NCBI GenBank assembly: GCA_963701965.1
Contig: OY969695.1
Coordinates: 4,896,001 to 4,960,000 of the forward strand
DNA: 64,000 bases
Reading direction: 5' to 3'
DNA from: an uncultured Gemmatimonadales bacterium
GTDB taxonomy: Bacteria; Gemmatimonadota; Gemmatimonadetes; Gemmatimonadales; Gemmatimonadaceae
Made by a program: the position numbers and the translations under genes. The first letter of the stretch is position 1; every line of letters begins with the position of its first letter. The notes under the pieces were generated by a model. That model was not told the origin of the DNA, did not search any database, and was given only the letters and a program-made list of their open reading frames with translations. Shown here piece by piece: positions 61,116 to 64,000 of the stretch.

Positions 61116-62508
61116 CCGCGGCGGCGGCACGGCCCTCGCGGCGATGAGTGCCATTATTACAGCCAGTGCTCAGGGACAGACGCGATTTCAGTGGCCGGAC
61201 ACGAGCGTGGATGTCGCGCGCTACTCCAGCGTTGGTGAATGCCTGGGTGCCGTTCGACGCGTTCAGGCCAACGTGGAGCGCAATGAGGCATTGACCGTCG
61301 CGCGGGACACCATACCGCGAGACCCGGCACGCAGCCTTCAGCCGGCCCCGGCCGTGGTGACTGAGACGGCGACCCGGTGTGCGGCCCACATCTCGCCACG
61401 CACCGTCGATCTGGCCGAGTTCCGCTGGACCATCCCGCTCTTGCTGGCAGCCGGCCGGGATAGCGATGTCGCGGTCTTGATCGAGCGGAAACTGGCGCTG
61501 GTCCCCCCCACGGACGCGCGGGTGCGCGAGAGCGTCGTCGACAGCGCGGTTGATCTCTATCTGGACGCGCGGCCGGTGCGTCTGGCGGCGGCCGAAACGT
61601 TTCTGGTGCGGCGGGCCCGTGGCGGCGCGGATCGTATCGAACGCCTCAAGACGTACGACAAGCTGCGTAACGTGAGTCATCAGGATGGCGATACGGCACG
61701 CGCGCGGCGCGTCGCGCGCTGGGTGATCGGCGTGGCCGACTCCCTCACCCCGGTGGAGCGCCAGTCGCAGGCCTACGCGGAGCTGGACGTCGGGAATGGT
61801 GGCGACCTGCTGATCTACGCCGCGGAAGAGGAGCTGACGGGCCTGACCCCGCTGCTCGATAGCCTTCGCCACAGTACCGCGGCGTTCGCGGCCCTCGAAA
61901 ACGATCTCCTGCGTCGGGCGTCAGGCGGCCAGCCGGACAAGCTCCTGCCCATCGGACGACCCTCTCCGCCGCTCGCCGCTGATTGGTGGTTTCCGGCTGT
62001 CGCGGGGACCGTGCATCGGCCGACGCCGGGTCGGGTGACGTTCGTCAGCTTTCTCACTTTCCCGCAGTGTGTGGGGTTGTCCGAAGATAGCTACAGCGGC
62101 TCGTGTAATAGTGAACTGGTACGGCTCCGGCGACTCGCGCGTCGGTTTCCCAATGTCGACATCACGATCGTCGCGTCGACCCAAGGCGGCTTCATGTATC
62201 TGCCGCCAATGGCGCCGGCCGCCGAGGCCTCCTGGATCGCGCAGTGGGTCGACGTGTTTCATGTGCCGAACGTGGTCGTGGCCGTCGACTCGACGCCGTT
62301 CTGGCGTCTCCCGGATCCGGACGGGCGGCGGATCAACAAGGACGTGCCAGGTCTTGTGGTCCACCGGTACGGTCTCTGGCGACCGGAGCAGTCCGGTCGG
62401 ATGCTCGTCGACGAAAATGGCCTCATTGTCGACGTCCTGCATGTGAACGACGAGGACGAGTTGATGCAGTTCATTGACGCGCTGGTTCATCGCCACCGTA
62501 CGAGCTGA
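61105..62508 (+). CDS. Secreted protein with C-terminal thioredoxin/TlpA-like fold (copy 2, intact)
   Basis: Signal peptide; IGRPSPPL..W..PGRVTFVSF, C-X11-C, ELVRLRRLARRF..V.I, MLVDENGLIV. Confidence 0.65.
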   Translation: MRYNRGGGTALAAMSAIITASAQGQTRFQWPDTSVDVARYSSVGECLGAVRRVQANVERNEALTVARDTIPRDPARSLQPAPAVVTETATRCAAHISPRTVDLAEFRWTIPLLLAAGRDSDVAVLIERKLALVPPTDARVRESVVDSAVDLYLDARPVRLAAAETFLVRRARGGADRIERLKTYDKLRNVSHQDGDTARARRVARWVIGVADSLTPVERQSQAYAELDVGNGGDLLIYAAEEELTGLTPLLDSLRHSTAAFAALENDLLRRASGGQPDKLLPIGRPSPPLAADWWFPAVAGTVHRPTPGRVTFVSFLTFPQCVGLSEDSYSGSCNSELVRLRRLARRFPNVDITIVASTQGGFMYLPPMAPAAEASWIAQWVDVFHVPNVVVAVDSTPFWRLPDPDGRRINKDVPGLVVHRYGLWRPEQSGRMLVDENGLIVDVLHVNDEDELMQFIDALVHRHRTS

Positions 62509-62510
62509 TC

Positions 62511-64000
62511 ATGTACTTGCGCGCGTTGTTCCAGTACGGTGCCCTCGTGTCGCTCGGATTCATGTCGGCGCCCGCATCGCGGGATCCGGCGCTGACGGTT
62601 GGCACGCTGCCGAACGGGCTCCGATACTACCTGCGCCCCAACCACCTACCGGCGCACCGGGTGGAGCTGCGTCTCGTAGTCAATGCGGGCAGTGAGCTGG
62701 AAGATCGCGACCAGCAAGGGTTCGCGCACTTCCTCGAGCACATGGCGTTCGAAGGCACGACGCATTTCCCGGGGCATGCGTTGCTCGATTTCATCGAGAC
62801 GAGCGGGATGCGATTCGGGGCCGATCTGAACGCAATGACCACGCCGGACGAGACGATCTACACGCTGACGCTGCCGTCGGATGACCCGCACATCGTCGAG
62901 CGAGGCTTCCAAGTGCTGGAGGATTGGGCGGGGGGCGGGATCCTCATCGACTCGGCCGCCGTCGTTGGGGAGCGCGGGATCATCATGGGGGAGTGGCGCT
63001 CCCGATTACCGGATTCGGCCAGCCGGACCGTGCAGGCGCACTACGACACGCTGTATTTGGGCCATTCGCGCTATCTGTCGCGGAAGCCGATCGGGGATAC
63101 GGCGCTTATCCAACACGCCACGCCGGGGCCGATCCGGCGTTTTTATCGGGACTGGTACCGGCCCGAGCGCATGACCGTCGTGGTCGTGGGCAATGTCGAT
63201 GCGTCGGCTATAGAGCGGGAGATCCGTCAGAACTTCGGTGGCATTAAGGCGGCCGCGCCGGCGCGTCAACCGCCGGCGGTGGGGCTCCCATCGCGGCCAT
63301 CGCCCGAGATCGACGTGTATCGAGGGAAGGTGGAGCCCGAGGTGGAGCTGCAGTGGCCGCTGGCCACGACGCCCCCGGACGCGCTGGCTGCGGTCAAGCA
63401 GCAGATCCTACATGACATCATCGCCTCCACCGTCACGACGCGCCTCCTCGATATCCGCACCCACCCCTCACGCCCGTTCATTAGCGCTGATTTGGATCAA
63501 GGGCGCCTCATCCGCCCGATCGCCATCGAGGCGCTCTCGGTCATCACGTGGCCTGATAGTCTGGAGCGCGGCTTCGGGGCCGTGTACACGGTGCTAGAGG
63601 GCATCGCCCAACACGGCATCCCGGCGGCCAGTCTCGCCCACGAGAAGGCGGTGCTCCTGGCGCGCCTGGAGCACGCGGCATCGGGCGAGATGGGCCGGTC
63701 GTCGGCCGCCTATGCGGACGCCTACGTCGATCATGCGCTGACTGGCGAGGGATCGCTCCTGAGCGCCGCGCAAGAGCTGGGCTATGCGCGGCCGGTCCTG
63801 GCCGCGCTGACCCCCGACGACCTGGCGCACGTCGTCCGCCAATGGCTGGATCCCGCGCGATCGCGCCTCGTCATCCGGCTGCCGCTGACGGCGCACGTGG
63901 CCACCCCGACCCGGGCCCGGATGCTCGCCCTGATCGACTCGCTCGCCCGCACGCCGCTCCCGCCTGATAGCGATCGCGCCGCCTCCGGCGGACCGCTGCT
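62511..64000 (+). CDS. M16 family zinc peptidase (copy 2, 3'-partial)
   Basis: ATG at 62511; TLPNGLRYYL, HFLEHMAFEG; runs off the window collinear with 47367-50168. Confidence 0.9.
   Translation, partial: MYLRALFQYGALVSLGFMSAPASRDPALTVGTLPNGLRYYLRPNHLPAHRVELRLVVNAGSELEDRDQQGFAHFLEHMAFEGTTHFPGHALLDFIETSGMRFGADLNAMTTPDETIYTLTLPSDDPHIVERGFQVLEDWAGGGILIDSAAVVGERGIIMGEWRSRLPDSASRTVQAHYDTLYLGHSRYLSRKPIGDTALIQHATPGPIRRFYRDWYRPERMTVVVVGNVDASAIEREIRQNFGGIKAAAPARQPPAVGLPSRPSPEIDVYRGKVEPEVELQWPLATTPPDALAAVKQQILHDIIASTVTTRLLDIRTHPSRPFISADLDQGRLIRPIAIEALSVITWPDSLERGFGAVYTVLEGIAQHGIPAASLAHEKAVLLARLEHAASGEMGRSSAAYADAYVDHALTGEGSLLSAAQELGYARPVLAALTPDDLAHVVRQWLDPARSRLVIRLPLTAHVATPTRARMLALIDSLARTPLPPDSDRAASGGPL

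Larger units (their letters stand above)
35194..64000 (+). repeat. Diverged tandem duplication of a ~15-kb nine-gene locus (copy 1 ~35.2-50.2 kb; copy 2 ~50.3 to >64 kb)
   Basis: Same gene order, near-identical stretches with many synonymous differences, mostly conserved gene junctions. Confidence 0.95.

Noticed and set aside
35194..64000. The duplication as a mis-assembly
   Set aside because: The copies differ by many synonymous and amino-acid changes and have distinct sigma and FecR genes
35194..64000. Classical polysaccharide utilization locus
   Set aside because: No recognisable glycoside hydrolase, lyase, esterase or sulfatase in the visible locus
35194..64000. RiPP biosynthetic cluster (TldD/E as leader peptidase)
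   Set aside because: No precursor ORF, YcaO, radical SAM, lanthipeptide synthetase or exporter is seen; intergenic space is minimal and TldD lacks its active site

Overview
High-GC bacterial DNA, most consistent with Gemmatimonadota. That assignment is inferred from gene content (SusC/SusD with ECF-FecR, an ADOP permease, carboxypeptidase-regulatory-domain proteins), not from a marker search. Bases 1-32.5 kb are mostly housekeeping or metabolic: two CBS/CNNM genes, a MeaB / B12-binding / carboxyltransferase / AtuA cluster, a U32 protein with an 81-bp internal tandem repeat, recQ, acyl-CoA dehydrogenase, lactate permease, RNase E/G with a long structured leader, rplU-rpmA, an amidohydrolase pair, an ECF-ZAS-Spy trio, VOC, a DapA-like gene, an ADOP permease and tRNA-Leu(CAA). 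The highlight is 35.2 kb to beyond 64 kb: two diverged tandem copies of a ~15-kb nine-gene locus. Gene order is ECF sigma, FecR, SusC-like TonB-dependent transporter, SusD-like lipoprotein, Ig plus cupredoxin-like lipoprotein, Tat-signal TldD, TldE, secreted thioredoxin-like protein, M16 zinc peptidase. It has the architecture of a polysaccharide utilization locus but carries proteolysis-related cargo rather than CAZymes. Both TldD copies have lost the HExxGH zinc motif. The cupredoxin-like domain lacks copper ligands and the thioredoxin-like domain has CX11C. The signalling parts and putative ECF promoters differ between the copies. Frameshifts in the two copies are reciprocal, which reflects either real complementary decay or long-read indel errors.
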